33,619 nucleotides of DNA from contig NW_005201349.1 in the NCBI RefSeq assembly GCF_000372725.1, positions 1-33,619 on the forward strand, in the 5' to 3' direction. A program made the translations under genes and the position numbers. Below, piece after piece: positions 32,041 to 33,619 of this stretch; the first letter of the stretch is position 1; every line of letters starts with the position of its first letter. This DNA comes from Emiliania huxleyi CCMP1516. Lineage: Eukaryota. Below the pieces are notes generated by a model. That model was not told where the DNA came from. It saw only the letters and a program-made list of their open reading frames with translations, and did no database searches.

Positions 32041-33619
32041 ATGATGGGCGCAAAGCGCGCTCTTCAGAGCGCCGACTACCCTGCCTGCTGCACGGGCGCC
32101 AACCAGCGCGTTGGCTGGGTGGTGGGCACGGGCTCCCTGAACGGCGGCAAGCCGGCGGACAACGCGGACGACTGCTGCGCGGAGTGCGCGGCGAACACTG
32201 CGTGCGTGGCCTGGACCTACAGCCGCCCGGGAGGGGCGGCCAGAGGCTTGTGCTGGACCAAGGACAACGAAGATGAGCCCCGCCTATCGGACGACCCGGA
32301 CGTCACGTCGGGCCAGCTTTCCAACGGATGCTCGAGAACGGATGCCCGGCGCGAGGCGGACTGTCAGCCGGACGCGGCTGCCTTCTGCGAGCGGTTTGGC
32401 GAGGCCTGGCAGCTTAGACCTGGGCAGAACTGCTACGACTCGGAGTATGACTGCATCAAGCCCGTGCCCTCCCCGCCGCCACCGCCGCTGCCGCCCGTGC
32501 CGCTGCCGCCACCCTCGCCCTCGCCACCGCCGCTGCCGCCCTCGCCGCCGCCGCTCACCCCTGAGGGGTGTGCGCCGGACGGGGCAGCCTTCTGCAGGCA
32601 GTATGGCGAGGCCTGGAAGGCTAAGCCGGAACGCGCCTGCTACAACACTCCATTGGACTGCGTCGCGCCACCGCCGCTGCCGCCCGTGCCTTTCCCGCCC
32701 TCGGCATCGCCGACACCTCCACCGCCAGCTCCGCCGCCGCCCTCTCCGCCGCCGCCCTTGATGTCCCCGTCCCCGCCGCCGCCCTCGGCATCGCCGACAC
32801 CTCCACCGCCCGCTCCGCCGCCGCCCTTGATGCGCCCCTCCACGCCACCGCAGCTGCCGCCCTTGTCCCCGCCACCGCAGCTGCCGCCGCCCACGTTTGT
32901 ATGCGGTACCGGGGGGGCGGGAACCGATAGACCAAGCACGGATGGCTACGACTACTGCGCGGACAACAGGGCCTGCCCTTGCGGGCCGTGCTGCTATTGC
33001 GACTGCGTACTTGCACCTCCGCTTGCACCTCCAATGCCGCCGCCGCCCTCGGCGTCACCGACACCTCCACCGCCCGCTCCGCCGCCGCCCTCTCAACCGC
33101 CGCCCACGATGCCCCCCTCCCCACCGCCGCCCTCGGCATCGCCGACACCTCCACCGCCAGCTCCGCCGCCGCCCTCTCCGCCGCCGCCCTTGATGCCCCC
33201 CTCCCCACCGCCGCCCTCGGCATCGCCGACACCTCCACCGCCCGCTCTGCCGCCGCCCTCTCCGGCGCCGCCCATGATGCCCCCCTCCCCACCGCCGCCC
33301 TCGGCATCGCCGACACCTCCACCGCCCGCTCCGCCGCCGCCCTCTCCGCCGCCGCCCTTGATGCCCCCCTCCCCACCGCCGCCCTCGGCATCGCCGACAC
33401 CTCCACCGCCCGCTCCGCCGCCGCCCTCTCCGCCGCCGCCCTTGATGCCCCCCTCCCCACCGCCGCCCTCGGCATCGCCGACACCTCCACCGCCCACTCC
33501 GCCGCCGCCCTCTCCGCCGCCGCCCATGATGCCCCCCTCCCCACCGCCGCCCTCGGCATCGCCGACACCTCCACCGCCCGCTCCGCCGCCGCCCTCTCCG
33601 CCGCCGCCCTTGATGTCCC
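32041..33619 (+). CDS. PAN/apple domain + Cys-rich modules + Pro-rich (extensin-like) stalk; runs off the window end
   Basis: Open frame from ATG 32041, absent from the ORF track because no stop is reached. DDCCAECAANTACVAWTY..CWTK..VTSG (PAN/apple), two C.PD.AAFC..[FY]GEAW....CY....DC modules, then SPPPP repeats. Confidence 0.8.
   Translation, partial: MMGAKRALQSADYPACCTGANQRVGWVVGTGSLNGGKPADNADDCCAECAANTACVAWTYSRPGGAARGLCWTKDNEDEPRLSDDPDVTSGQLSNGCSRTDARREADCQPDAAAFCERFGEAWQLRPGQNCYDSEYDCIKPVPSPPPPPLPPVPLPPPSPSPPPLPPSPPPLTPEGCAPDGAAFCRQYGEAWKAKPERACYNTPLDCVAPPPLPPVPFPPSASPTPPPPAPPPPSPPPPLMSPSPPPPSASPTPPPPAPPPPLMRPSTPPQLPPLSPPPQLPPPTFVCGTGGAGTDRPSTDGYDYCADNRACPCGPCCYCDCVLAPPLAPPMPPPPSASPTPPPPAPPPPSQPPPTMPPSPPPPSASPTPPPPAPPPPSPPPPLMPPSPPPPSASPTPPPPALPPPSPAPPMMPPSPPPPSASPTPPPPAPPPPSPPPPLMPPSPPPPSASPTPPPPAPPPPSPPPPLMPPSPPPPSASPTPPPPTPPPPSPPPPMMPPSPPPPSASPTPPPPAPPPPSPPPPLMS
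33040..33619 (+). repeat. 84-bp coding tandem repeat (MPPSPPPPSASPTPPPPAPPPPSPPPPL)
   Basis: Units start at 33109, 33193, 33277, 33361, 33445 and 33529. Confidence 0.95.

Noticed and set aside
32621..33574. Minus-strand Ala/Glu-rich and Gly-rich repeat ORFs
   Set aside because: They are antisense shadows of the plus-strand Pro-rich gene, whose frame also contains the PAN domain.

Overview
Eukaryotic, very GC-rich, intron-rich genomic DNA. GC-AG introns filled with 10-11 bp tandem repeats point to a haptophyte of the Emiliania/Gephyrocapsa huxleyi type (inferred from sequence style only). There is one assembly gap (N run ~21790-21889) with low-quality sequence beside it. Genes: 3' part of an Ala/Glu/Arg-rich coiled-coil gene; three glycosyltransferase(-like) genes, one a clear GT8; two inverted paralogous ankyrin + SH3-like genes; a CSLREA/GGA-repeat secreted protein; an NRAMP-related transporter; an orphan U-box exon; an Aa_trans amino-acid transporter; a frameshifted F-box/RCC1 gene; two hypothetical genes; and a PAN/apple + Pro-rich gene running off the end. 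Non-coding highlights: a TA-flanked MITE; two SINE-like families with (CCTTA)n and (CCTA)n tails; two more inverted-repeat-bounded segments, one enclosing the U-box exon; and many introns whose 5' end duplicates the start of the next exon, suggesting duplication-driven intron birth. The ankyrin and RCC1 arrays are mosaics of shuffled repeat units. All splice models are read by eye and unverified.
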